A stretch of 64,000 nt of DNA from Octopus bimaculoides (lineage: Eukaryota). Made by a program: the position numbers and the translations under genes. The stretch's first letter is position 1; every line of letters begins with the position of its first letter. Positions 13,189 to 25,127 of this stretch are shown here, one piece after another. A model generated the notes under the pieces. It had not been told where the DNA came from. It worked only from the letters and a program-made list of their open reading frames with translations, and searched no databases. The stretch is from contig NC_068981.1 in assembly GCF_001194135.2 (NCBI RefSeq), positions 197,339,319 to 197,403,318 on the forward strand. Direction: 5' to 3'.

Positions 13189-13500
13189 TCATCATCATCA
13201 TCATTTAACTTCCATTGTCCATGCTGGCATGGGTTGGACGGTTTGACTGGGCTGGCATGCTGAAAGGCTGCATAAGACTCCAGCCTGATTTGGCATGGTT
13301 GTCTATGACTGGATGCCCTTCCTGACGCCAACCACTCCGAGAGTGTAATAGGTACTTTTATGTGCCACTGGCACAGGTGCCAATTTGTGTGACACCAGTA
13401 TCTGCCATGACTGTGGTTTTACCTGGCTTGATGGGTTTTCTTCTCAAGCATGATATAATGCCAAAGGTCTTGGCCATTGCCTCTGTGAGGCCCAATGCTC
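13189..13500 (-). mobile_element. RTE LINE 3' tail fragment with (GAT)n tail
   Basis: catcatcat...ccatgctggcatgggttggacggtttgac...ggatgcccttcc matches 56402-56580. Confidence 0.8.
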
Positions 13501-13627
13501 TGTAGAGATAACCTTAACAAAACAATGAATAGGTGCAGGAGTGGCTGTGTGGTAAGTAGCTTGCTTACCAACCACATGGTTCCGGGTTCAGTCTCACTGC
13601 TACTTGTGAATGTCACAACATGAGATA

Positions 13628-14116
13628 TTCAGCAACAGTACTTTGGAGTAAAGATTGTTTGCCAACATAACATGGCAGTTCTGGTTTAGGACGAATGTTG
13701 CTGTAATTTAGCCCCAGGAGACATCATCTCCAGCTGGCTATACGACATGATCTGAGTCCTTATATTTTCGAACAAGGGAATCTAGCACCCCCACTCAGCT
13801 CAAAACAATATCTGTGTATCGCGATTTCCAGGTTATTTCTCTTCATCAGCACAGAATAATTGTTTGGGTAGAGGTGGCGCTGCCAAATTCCCATTTGAAA
13901 TATATAGTTTTCAAAGTGACAACTAGTCACTGATCTATGAATTAGAAAATTACTATTTTTAAAACTCACAATTCGAAAATATATGGACACAGATCATGTT
14001 GTATAGCCAGCTGGAGATGATGTCTCCTGGGGCTAAATTACAGCAACATTCGTCCTAAACGAGGACTGCCATGTTATGTTGACAAACAATCTTTACTCCA
14101 AAGACTACTTTGTTGA
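13628..14116. mobile_element. Foldback element with ~145-bp inverted arms (13628-13772 / 13972-14116) and a hammerhead in the spacer; PLE-like non-autonomous element
   Basis: Arms are near-perfect reverse complements, both turning at ttcgaa; the same arm recurs at 25806-26102. Confidence 0.75.
13811..13855 (-). ncRNA. Minimal type I hammerhead ribozyme motif
   Basis: UCUGUG-CUGAUGA-(AGAGAAAUAACCUG)-GAAA-UCGCGA-UA-CACAGA: 6-bp stem I, palindromic stem III AUCGCGAU, AUA site; stem II weak. Confidence 0.65.
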
Positions 14117-14158
14117 AGAGGTTTGCTGAAAGAAGGACAAGGAAGAAAGAGAACTTAC

Positions 14159-14281
14159 ATGTGGTCTGTGCTCTGTGACGTCCTCGTTGCTGCAAGCAGT
14201 AGACAATGGTGAGGAATATAACTATTGCTAAACCTATGATAATCATCACCAAAATGGTATTAACATTGTCTTCTTTATCAG
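14159..14281 (-). CDS. Coding exon with the transmembrane helix ((S)DKEDNVNTILVMIIIGLAIVIFLTIVYCLQQRGRHRAQTT)
   Basis: Acceptor ttttatatttcag, donor T|gtaagt; 123 nt, phase 1-1; about 21 hydrophobic residues followed by basic RGRHR. Confidence 0.88.
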
Positions 14282-14505
14282 CTGAAATATAAAATGAAAT
14301 AATCATACTTCATATGTTCTACTGGAAGAACGCTTATGGCAATAAAGCAGAGGAAGGGCAAAAAAGATGATAAGGGTTATGCAGTACGGATGATGGCATG
14401 CGGTACCTAAAGTAATCTTGGTTTATTTCTAACTTTTAGTCAATTTAAATTTTACAATTCTCTCCTTTGTCTTATTTGAAAAGAATTTTTATTAAGGCTA
14501 AATGA

Positions 14506-14996
14506 CATTTACATTATTTACACTGGATGGATAGACGTCCTCACCTTGTTTGTTGTTATCACACCATTTTGGATGATGTACTCTCCTGCCGTCATCAGGT
14601 GTTCCAGTGGAATTTCGAACCCAACCCTTTATTTGAGAAATGGGGTACACTGTTCTCTTTCTTAAATATCCTTTTTTGCTGATGTCATTTTTTTTTTCCT
14701 AGGCTATATGCTCGTACGCCTATGGGCATATAGCCTAGTTTATAAGAGCATGGACTACTAACCCTCAGATTCTGAGTTCAATCCCAGGCAGGGACTTGGG
14801 AAATAATATTAACAAAAAAAAACATAACATCAGCAAAAAAGGATACTTAGGAATGAGAACAGAGTACCCCATTAGTTGAATAAAGGGTTGGGTTCAAAAT
14901 TCCACCAGGAAACCTGATGAAGGCTGGAGAGTACACCAGCCGAAATGTTGTGGTAACAATAAACAAGGTGAGGACACCTATCTGTCCATAATGTAC
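14506..14996. mobile_element. Head-to-head inverted dimer of a hammerhead-bearing repeat (arms ~14506-14697 / 14811-14996) with a central tRNA-like head
   Basis: Arms are reverse-complement similar (catcagcaaaaaaggata...aaagggttgggttc...ctgatga.ggc.ggagagtaca...aacaaggtgaggac); a third copy lies at 29705-29822. Confidence 0.75.
14724..14795 (+). promoter_or_regulatory. tRNA(Arg)-like SINE head with Pol III A/B boxes
   Basis: TAGCCTAGTTTATAAG (A-box-like, imperfect), GGACTACTAACC (anticodon-arm-like), GAGTTCAATCCC (B box GWTCRANNC). Confidence 0.55.
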
Positions 14997-15288
14997 CTAA
15001 TTCTTCATCTCAAAAATATAGAATAATATTAAATGACATTTCCAGTTTTGTTTCATAACTTAGCAGTTCAACAAATAGATATTGATACAATAAATACCAG
15101 TGTGAATACTGGTGTTCTTGTCATTGATTATAACTACATGAGGCAGTGCTCCAGCATGGCCTTACTCAGTCAATTGTCAATGATGAATAAACGCAAAACA
15201 AAACATTGTCCTGGTGAAGAGAGGTCAATGTAGGAGATTGGGAAATAGCCACAGCTCAACCACAAAGAGAAACAGAAGCAATACTTAC

Positions 15289-15454
15289 AACACAAGCTGA
15301 TATCCGATACGCAGGATCCATTTTTACATCGTTTGTGTTGCTCACAAATGGGACCCCGAGAAACGTCTGTTGTTTTTCTGGTGTTGTTATGGGTATTCAT
15401 TATGAAAGACAAAATTGGTATTATCTGGGAGTTTACTCCACGGATTATCTTCAG
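15289..15454 (-). CDS. Coding exon with a 4-Cys LDLa-like segment (LKIIRGVNSQIIPILSFIMNTHNNTRKTTDVSRGPICEQHKRCKNGSCVSDISLC)
   Basis: Strong acceptor tttttttttctctgtatatttccag, donor T|gtaagt; phase 1 joins the TM exon in frame; in-frame ATG at 15400; sequons NNT and NGS. Confidence 0.8.
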
Positions 15455-15856
15455 CTGGAAATATACAGAGAAAAAAAAATGTTGATGACCATCTCCTGTT
15501 ATTTGCATGCAATGATTCATGGATTGCGTTAGAGTAGAGTTTGGGTTTAAGAGGATCATGGTTGCTATTTCTAGCACATAAGCTTCCTTGTTGGCTTGTG
15601 TAAGAGAAGTTGAGATAAGGGGTCACTCATCTTTTGTGAGGGTGGGGAAGGGAAACATGGTAAGGAATGCAGTAGGGGGAAGAAGAGAGAAAGAAGTGAA
15701 AGGGGGTGGGGGTGGAGGAAATAATAGATGAAAGGAACACATGTAGAGATATGGATTCGCAACATGTGCAGGTACGTGCAACCACAAACCAATAACTTAG
15801 GAGATAAGATAATTGCATGGTGACAGGAAAACTGAAATAGTTTATCTGCAGCAAAT

Positions 15857-15948
<92 letters not shown>

Positions 15949-16047
15949 NNNNNNNNNNNNNNNNNNNNNNNNNNNNNNNNNNNNNNNNNNNNNNNNNNNN
16001 NNNNNNNNNNNNNNNNNNNNNNNNNNNNNNNNNNNNNNNNNNNNNNN

Positions 16048-16092
<45 letters not shown>

Positions 16093-16769
16093 TGTGTGTG
16101 TGTGTATGCTAAAACCAAGGTTCCACATAAAAAGCATTGGTGTGGGTGCTGGTGCCATATAGAAAGCACCCAGTCCGTTCTGTAAAGCGGTTCACATTAG
16201 GAAGGGCATCCAGCAGTAGAAATCATGCCAAAACAGACAATGGAACCTCATGCAGCTCTTAGATGGTTTGACAGGAATTGCCAAAGCTAACCCATGCTAG
16301 CATGTAAAATGATTATGACGACACACACATAATGTCCTGGTTATGACATTAAACTGCAGCATCTACTGGTGATTCTCCAGCTTGGGAGTTACGGGGAGCA
16401 TGGAGTCACCACTTAATTACCATTACTCCCAAGTCTGTTCTGACCCTGAATGGTAGGACCTATTAGGGTCCCCCTCTATGGGTTACATAGATTTCTCAGG
16501 AGTAGAAAAAGCTCCCATTATTTTTGAGAAAGCCATGTTGCAGGCAGCTTTTCTGGAGAAAGACACTCTGACCTGAAGTCAAAACAGTAAACAGTCACCT
16601 TGCAATGCTTACCACTGGAACCATCTTATGCCAACTGAGGGAATGGCAAAAGGGTTGGACAAGCTTTGGTCACTTAAATTCAATGACATACAAATGTCTC
16701 ACTATCAGACATCCTTCCTATTTTTATCATCATCCATCATTTTGATTTCGGGTTTTGTCCCTGTCAATG

Positions 16770-17085
16770 GGGGTGGTCAGATCTACCTCAATGCCATAGC
16801 AACCACCCTCACACCATCTTGCCCGGTTTTAGGCATCCTCTTTTCTCAAGCCAACCCTCCCAATCTCCTCCTCCACCTGTCCCCTCCATGTTTTGCTGTC
16901 CATTTACCTCAAACTCTAGCATCCTCTTCAGAACATGCTCTTCATCCCTCCTCAACACATGTCCATACCACCGCACTCCATTCGCCCTTGTCAGCCGTTC
17001 TACTGATTCTTCCAGCATCCCCATCAAGTCCTCAGTCCTCCTTTTATCAAACAGCCTCATGCCACACATTTCTCTCTCAGTCTCT
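16770..17085 (-). mobile_element. RTE LINE ORF2 C-terminal fragment, second subfamily
   Basis: Translation CGMRLFDKRRTEDLMGML..ERLTRANGVRWYGHVLRRDEEHVL, the RTE 'RWYGHV.R' motif; partial second copy at 38410-38552. Confidence 0.8.
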
Positions 17086-17087
17086 CA

Positions 17088-17171
17088 GCAAAACAAGAAG
17101 AAAAAAATAACGATACTAACCAGTCTTAATTAAGACTGGCTAGTATCATTATTTTTTTCTTCTTGTTTTGC
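17088..17171. repeat. Spacerless 84-bp palindrome
   Basis: 42-bp arms centred on cttaa|ttaag with only 2 mismatches (17111/17148 and 17119/17140). Confidence 0.95.
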
Positions 17172-18074
17172 CTTTGTGAGTTACAAGTATTGCTATCTGT
17201 TGGAGTTTTAGCACTTTAGCTGCTATTTCTGAACTTCGGTATGTGGTGAAGCAACTGTTGCTGATCCCTTAATTATGTTTATAAATGTATAAGAACTTTT
17301 AAATAAGTTCTTCACCGATAATGGTGTTTACATACCGAAGGGCTTGGTAAAAATTATTAATTATCAATTTATTAATAAATTAATAATCCTTTACCCTTTT
17401 ATTTGTATATATATAATGTATATATAATGTATATATGTATGTGTGTGTCTGTGTTTGTCCCCCAACCACCATCGCTTGACAACCGATGTTGGTGTGCTTA
17501 AGTCCCCATAAACAAGTGGTTCAGTAAAAGAGACTGATAGAGTAAGTACTAGGCTTACAAAGAATAAGTCCTGGGGTTGATTTGTTCGACTAAAGGCAGT
17601 GCTCCACCATGGCCACAGTCAAATGACTGAAACAAATAAAAGAATAAAAGAATAAATAAATAAATATATGTTGAGACATAATATGAAAGATCAGTAAAGC
17701 TTTTGGTGAGAAATCCTACCTGAATTCAATCAGTATCTAAGAAATGACACAAACACCAAGTATATTCAATTCACTTCCTGATAATGATGCTGTGAAAGTC
17801 TAGAAACAAGAGAAATGGATTTAGGAACTCTACTGTAAGAAATATAGTTGTGCATTTGATTAAAAGTGGTAAGGAATTTGCTTCTCTAAAACATGGTTCC
17901 AGGTTCTATCCCATTGCATGGCACCTTCAATAAACATCTTCTACTATAGCCCCAGGCTGACCAGAGCTTTGTGAGTAGATTTGGACTTTCTGTATCACTT
18001 TATTCAGTTTGTGTAAGAATCCCTTGAAGCTGCAGTGAACCAAATCAAACTGTTCTAAGTAATAATAATAATGT

Positions 18075-18105
<31 letters not shown>

Positions 18106-18421
18106 CATATGTATGTGTGTGTATGTGTTTGTTAAAACAATATCCTTGTCTTGATATTGTATGATGGTTGTAAAGGAGTTCCACCATCATACAAGTGTCC
18201 ATGAAAACATGTCTGACCATGGGGAAATATTATGTAATTTAAAAACAGATGAAAGTGCAAGACTGGAAAGGCATCCAGCCACAGAAAACCTGTCTCAACA
18301 TAATTCTGTCAAACCCATGTGCATATGGGATGCTAAAATGATGATGATGGTGATGATGAGGTATTATTTGTGGGTCTTAAGAAGTAGAACATGGTTAATG
18401 GATATTCGTCAGAGAGTCATA

Positions 18422-18676
18422 CAGAGTATTCAAAAAGTATCTCCGCTGTAAGTATTTTTTATTGCAAAATATCAGATGGTATAAGACTACAAAAGAATAT
18501 ATTAGACTTTACAAGACTTTAAAAAAAATCTTTATAAGGTGTTGAAAGTATCGTCTTTCATTTTCAATAAACAAGTTGACTCTTCTACAGATGTTTTGAA
18601 ATACATCTTGGAGAGTCGGCTTTTGAGAGTCAGGATGAAAAAAAATTCACTGCGGAGAGACTTTTTGAACACTCTG
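18422..18676 (-). mobile_element. Tc1/mariner-derived MITE with a transposase C-terminal remnant
   Basis: TA target duplications at 18420-21 and 18677-78; TIRs cagagtRttcaaaaagtMtctccgc; internal LQDVFQNICRRVNLFIENERRYFQHL. Confidence 0.8.
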
Positions 18677-18989
18677 TATGCTTATATAATGATACTAGGT
18701 CACCGTGCGTGTGTGTGTGTGATATACAGTAAGTGATATCAATCTAGTTAATATAGGGAGCATTAAAAAGACGAACAAAATGAAATATGCTGGGAAAGCA
18801 AATGTGGTTCTGGTACAATGGGTTTTAATTAGTGATGCGTAAAATGATGTGAACTCAGTGAGACAATCGTTAATGAATCTGTAAATACCAAATACAGAGA
18901 GAAGCGTTTGTGTGTGTGTGATGTTATGTAATGGATTGGCAACATAAATAACAACAACAAACCCACTGAACTTTTGATATCAGCAATGG

Positions 18990-19310
18990 AAGGCATGGTT
19001 GTCTGCTTCCCAGACATATGGTTCTGGGTTCAGTCCCACACTGAGTAAGTGCCTTCTACTTTAGCCTCGGGCTGACCAAAGCCCTGTGAATGGATTTGGT
19101 AGATGGAAACTGAAAGAATGCCATCGTGTGTGTGTGTGTGTGTGTGCCTTTGTGTTTGTCCCTCACTACTGCTTGACAACCAGTGTTGGTGTGTTTACAT
19201 CCCCATAACTTAGCAGTTTGGCAAAACAGACTGATAAAATAAGCACCAGGCTTAAAACAAAAAAATAGTCCTGGGTTCCCAGCATGGCTGATCAAAACAA
19301 ATAAAAAGAC
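18990..19310 (+). mobile_element. SINE family A, decayed
   Basis: ggttctgggttcagtccc...gcctcgggctgaccaaagcc...(GT)n...cttagcagtttggcaaaa. Confidence 0.75.
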
Positions 19311-20299
19311 AAAGATATTGGGGTTGTACTGACCCANNNNNNNNNNNNNNNNNNNNNNNNNNNNNNNNNNNNNNNNNNNNNNNNNNNNNNNNNNNNNNNN
19401 NNNNNNNNNNNNNNNNNNNNNNNNNNNNNNNNNNNNNNNNNNNNNNNNNNNNNNNNNNNNNNNNNNNNNNNNNNNNNNNNNNNNNNNNNNNNNNNNNNNN
19501 NNNNNNNNNNNNNNNNNNNNNNNNNNNNNNNNNNNNNNNNNNNNNNNNNNNNNNNNNNNNNNNNNNNNNNNNNNNNNNNNNNNNNNNNNNNNNNNNNNNN
19601 NNNNNNNNNNNNNNNNNNNNNNNNNNNNNNNNNNNNNNNNNNNNNNNNNNNNNNNNNNNNNNNNNNNNNNNNNNNNNNNNNNNNNNNNNNNNNNNNNNNN
19701 NNNNNNNNNNNNNNNNNNNNNNNNNNNNNNNNNNNNNNNNNNNNNNNNNNNNNNNNNNNNNNNNNNNNNNNNNNNNNNNNNNNNNNNNNNNNNNNNNNNN
19801 NNNNNNNNNNNNNNNNNNNNNNNNNNNNNNNNNNNNNTGGCATTGATCACGTTTGGATGGTGCTTTTTATCTGCCACCAACATGGGGAGCTAGTCAGGTT
19901 GCATTGGCATCGGCCCATGCATGAATGGTGCAAACAATGGACTTCTTTCAGTTTCTGTCTACACTTAACAAAGCTTTGGTCCAGCTTGGGGCCGAAGTAG
20001 AACACTTTTGCACAAGGTGCCACTCTGTGGAACTGAACCTAAGAACACAGTCAAGAAGCTTAGTCACACAACCATGCCATCACTTGTGTCTGTGTGTGTG
20101 TGGGTGGGTGTATAAAGAAAGAAAGAAAGATAGATAGATAGACATACATACATACACACATATATACATACATATCTATAGGCATCTATCTATATAAAAC
20201 ACATGCATACATACTGAGGGAGCAATAGAGCGAGAGGGAGAACAGGTCATGGATTATGAATCTTAATACTATGACTGAAAGGGTGGCAATATTCCACTG

Positions 20300-20520
20300 G
20301 CAGAACCGTTACGAGGCCGGGCGAAATGCTTAGCGGTATTTTGTCTGCTGTTACATTCTGAGTTCAAACTCTGCTGAGGTTGACTTTGCCTTTAATCCTT
20401 TCAGAGTCGATTAAATAAGTACCAGTTATGCACTGGGGTTGATGTAATCCACTTAATCCCTTTGTCTGTCCTTGTTTGTCCCCACTATGTTTAGCCCCCT
20501 GTGGGTAATAAGGAAATAAA
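20300..20520 (+). mobile_element. SINE family B
   Basis: ctggcagaaccgttacgaggccgggcgaaatgcttagcgg...gagttcaaactc...aagtaccagttatgcactgggg. Confidence 0.8.
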
Positions 20521-23500
20521 TATTCTACTGCATGATAAAGACAGTTGAGTCTCACATAACATGGGGAGATTTTTCCTTCCCAATTGCAAGGATAACCACA
20601 GTGAACTGAAGGTTTTCAACTATCTTCGTTAACTCACGACATGACTGTACGATATTGTAATGATAGCAGAGTTCCGTGTTTACAGTTTTCAATTAATTTG
20701 TTTANNNNNNNNNNNNNNNNNNNNNNNNNNNNNNNNNNNNNNNNNNNNNNNNNNNNNNNNNNNNNNNNNNNNNNNNNNNNNNNNNNNNNNNNNNNNNNNN
20801 NNNNNNNNNNNNNNNNNNNNNNNNNNNNNNNNNNNNNNNNNNNNNNNNNNNNNNNNNNNNNNNNNNNNNNNNNNNNNNNNNNNNNNNNNNNNNNNNNNNN
20901 NNNNNNNNNNNNNNNNNNNNNNNNNNNNNNNNNNNNNNNNNNNNNNNGGTTTAAATATGAAGAGGATGTACCATGTGTGTGTGTGTGTACACACACACAC
21001 ATACACACACACATATATATATGGAAAGAGAAAGAGAGAGAAGTGGCTTCATGAGAGGAGATGAAGGGTTCAAGTCTGACAGAAGGAACCAGAACAGAAC
21101 AAAATTCTTGCTGTGGAGGAACTACATGGCCATTCATGTTACTAGAAGAGAGGCTGGAAATGATTTGGGGCCGGACTGGAAATGGATAAAATTAGTGGTG
21201 ATGAGGTGTGTGGATGGATCCTTAAGAGGGGGGGGGGAGGAATGGGGACAGAACATGAAATGTCCATGGATTTTTTTACACACACACAACCAGGGTAATG
21301 TGAAACTCGAGTTACAAGGAAAGAATTTGGTTGAAAGAAAACTGTATATACTCTTACACATGTATCAAGTTCTCTTCCTTGGTTGTCATGTTTGGAATAC
21401 ATGCATTAAATTCGGGGAATACACTCAAATATGGGGAATGTTGCCTTCATCAAAAGCAGATTCAATGTGTGTTTGTGTAAATGTATCCTGCCAACCCCTG
21501 TATCCATAACCACCCCCTCCTTATCTACTCATTGATCACCTTTCACTCATCCTCATTTCAATCATCATCCTATCATTCATACCACTCATCTCACCCTGTG
21601 ATGCTTGCTCATCCACTGCCACCCATTACTCCCTCTCACTCTTTTCTTCCTGTCTTCTTTCCACAGCTTCTCTGCCACCTTAACACCCTCGTCTCTCCCT
21701 ATTGCTCCTTTCTTTCCTTTGAAGACTCTAAATCCTTGCCACCCTCATCTATTTTCTCTTTCGTGTTCCCTTCCCCACCGCCTTCCACTCATACTCATCT
21801 ACATAACCCATCTCATTCTCCTTCTCCCTCCCCACTGACTTTCCCATCTGTTTCCCCATTTTTTTCCTCACCCCATCCCCAAAAATGATCTACTTTTACC
21901 CCGTTTCTACTTCCATCCTCTCAAAACTATAAACCATACTTCACCCCCCCCCCTCATCATCATCATCATTTAATGTCCATTTTCCATGCTGGCATGAGTT
22001 GGACTGTTTGACCAGGGCTGGCAAGGCTGGAAGAGCTGCAATGGGTCCCACTGTCTGCTATGGTCTGGTTTCTATGGTTGCATGCCCTTCCGAATGACAA
22101 CCATTTTACTGAGTGTGTATTGGATGCTTTTTATGTGGCACCAGCACCAGTGAGGTCACCAAGTATCTTGCAAGAGATACACGACAGGCTTCTTTCAGTT
22201 TCCATCTACCAAATCCACTTATAAGGCTTTGGTTGTCCTAAGACACTTGCCTAAGGTGCCACACAGTGGGACTGAACCTGGAACCAAGTGGTTGGGAAGC
22301 AAGCTTCTCACCACACAGCCATCCCTGCACCTCTAACCTTCATGAAATTAATGTTTTATCTTTTTTTTTCATGGTATGTTTGCTGGTGAAGCTGAGGGGC
22401 TTTTTTCCACACTCTGCACATGCGCGCGCGCGCGACGAGCTTCCAATAGTTTCTATCAATCAAATTCATTCATAAGGCATTAGTCAGCCTGACACCATAG
22501 TAGAAGACATTTGCCCAAGGTGCTGCACAGAGGACCTGAACCTGAAAAGCACATGGTTGTGAAGCCACCCTCTTAAAAATACATCCGCCATTGCTCACAG
22601 GGGCAGCCTTTCATGTTTTTTTCCATTCAAGGAATCTTTACAAGCTGTTATATATAGCTTTATCTAATTTGTGTTCCAACATTAAAAACGATTTATTTCA
22701 CGTCTTTTCAAGTTTCTAAATTCTTGTGACGTAAATAATACATATAAACACACACACACACACACACACACATCTGCACCCACATCAACCTAAAGAGGAT
22801 GTGGTTTGTTTTCCTGTTGCTACTTATTCTCCATTGACTCATTACATTTCTATGATATTGATTAAATAAAGCCAACGGTTCTTTCATTCTGCCCAAAATT
22901 ACCATGAAAAACAGATCAAAGAAACAAAGACAAGCTATTTAACAAGATGCAACTAAACAAGTTTGTTCCAAAACAAAAGAGAAAGACAACAACAAATGTG
23001 AAAGAACAAGACATTTATACTCTGCAGTTAAATCATTGTTTGGTTGGTTTTTGGTTTCCTCTTTCCGTGAGAGGATTAAACTGGGACAGGAAAAGAAGAC
23101 AAAACTCAAGTATTATTAAATTAAGTTGAAATTTAACAGAAATCTATGTTAGAAGTTAAAGAGGCTACAATAATAGGGTGAAGTATACACAGATCTTCTC
23201 TGTTTGGCTATCAATTTGCAATCTCTTCAATTTCTGCTCAAATTGATTACATATTTGGTATAATGATGTAGTTTTATATGCTAATCAATGCCATTAAGTT
23301 CATTTTTGCCATAAATCAATAAATAGAGAGTTATTAATTTTTAAATTTTGCAAATATTGGGTAATTTTAAGTCAATCATAAGCCACAGGCGCATTCATGC
23401 CCATTTCCACAGTAACAAGCCAAACATGAGAACTCTTTTCTCTGAGAGATAGCACATGTTGATAAATATATTCTAAGTAAAATGTGCCAATTTGCTTCTT

Positions 23501-24157
23501 ATACTCGGGTCGAAAGATGTGCTAAAAATAAGAGCTAAATAGGCCTTAACTCAAGGACCCTCAAATTTTTTGTTTTTGCTTTTTGCATAATAGTATGAAT
23601 TCCTGTGCATAGAATACAAATTTCCCAAAATTTTCTGAAAATTCAAAAACATAAAAAAGTTATGAGAGGATATATGGCATGTGTCAAGAAGAATTTGATT
23701 TATTTACAGTTTCATTATTAAAACGTGCTATTTTCAGAATGTTGACAACTCATGCTGTCATGCACAAAATGACAGCCTCCAAATCCTGTTTTCTGATTGG
23801 ATGAAAGTTATCAAATTTTAAATCTTCATAACTTTTTAAAAAATTTCTGGAAAAAGCTAAATATCTCCTTAGATTCAACTTGGAAAACTACATTAATACA
23901 CCAAATTTTAAAATTGTCAATAAACTTAGAAATTCACAGCTGCAGCCAAGCAGAAAAGATCTGATGCTTTACCTTTCACCCTTTCGGGGTTGATAAAATA
24001 AGTACCAGTTGAACACTGGGGGTCAATGCAATTGACTCATACTCTCTCCCAAAATTGCTGCCCTTGTAGCAAAATTTGAAACCATTATTATTATTATTAT
24101 TATTATTATTAGTGATATTATTGCTAAGATGGCAAACTGGCAGAATCGCTAACAGAA

Positions 24158-24346
24158 TACCAGTGGCATGTAAAAAGCACCCACTACACTCCCGGAGTGG
24201 TTGGCATTAGGAATGGCATCCAGCTGTAGAAACACTGCCAGATCAGATTGGAGCCTGGTGCGGCCTCCTGGCTTGCCAGACCCCAGTCAAACCGTCCAAC
24301 CCATGCCAGCATGGAAAGCAGACGTTAAACGATGATGATGATGATG
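24158..24346 (+). mobile_element. RTE 3' tail fragment interrupting a family B SINE
   Basis: Ends gacgttaaacgatgatgatgatg; SINE B head at 24125-24157 and SINE B body resumes at 24347. Confidence 0.8.
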
Positions 24347-25127
24347 ACTTTGCCTTTCATCCTTTCGGGGTTGATAAATTAAGTACCAGTTGCATACTGG
24401 GGTCAATCTAATCGACTGGCTCCCCTCCCCAAAATTTTGGGCCTTATGCCCAGAGTAGAAAAGAATATTGAGACACTGATAGGTTGACTTGCTGAGAACC
24501 AGCAGCCAAAATCTCCCTCAAATCACATTGTCTTAGAAGACATAATAATAGATAAGGTAGTCATAAATTGTGTGAAAACAAGGAGGATTGGTCATAGTTG
24601 GAACGTCTTTGATCATAGATCTGCTTAATTAGGACTGAACAACCAGCATAGTGATGTTTATGAGAAGTGTGTGAGGGGGGGAGTGTGAGGGCGGGAGAGA
24701 GATTGTGTGGTGGGAGTTTGTGGGTGTGAGAGTGTGTGTGTGGGAAGTTTATGTGTGGGTGTGGGGATGTGTGGGAAGAAATGTGTGTGTGTGTGTGTAA
24801 ATTATTTATTTTACTCAATTCAAAATTCCAGTCCATGTTGAGATAAGAAAATCAAATAAAACCAGGCACAAAGATAAATGAATTGAGGCGAGAGATAACT
24901 GGGCACCCCAACCAATCCTCCTTTGAAAGGCCTGAAATATCCTATTCTCTGATTGGTGAATATTGTCTGCTAACATCTAAAATATTGTCTGTTTGTGTCA
25001 CCACAGGTCATAACGTTTCAATGGGGAACAAGCTAAGTGTTTTAACATCCGGGGTTTGAATTTCAGCCTAAATCGTTAAAGTGAAAGATTTTACAAATTT
25101 ATCAGTTTTAATTATAAAAAGTAGAAA

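Noticed and set aside
14724-14795. Functional tRNA gene
   Set aside because: Acceptor and D stems do not pair properly; better explained as a tRNA-derived SINE head.
15387-15454. Alternative frame of the exon (xEDNPWSKLPDNTNFVFHNEYP*)
   Set aside because: It stops inside the exon and cannot reach the Cys-rich segment or the TM exon.
17315-17350. CCGATAA-T-GGT...ACC-GAAG, a hammerhead-like shape in a repeat shared with ~43090
   Set aside because: Several core substitutions and no convincing stem I or III; too degenerate to call.
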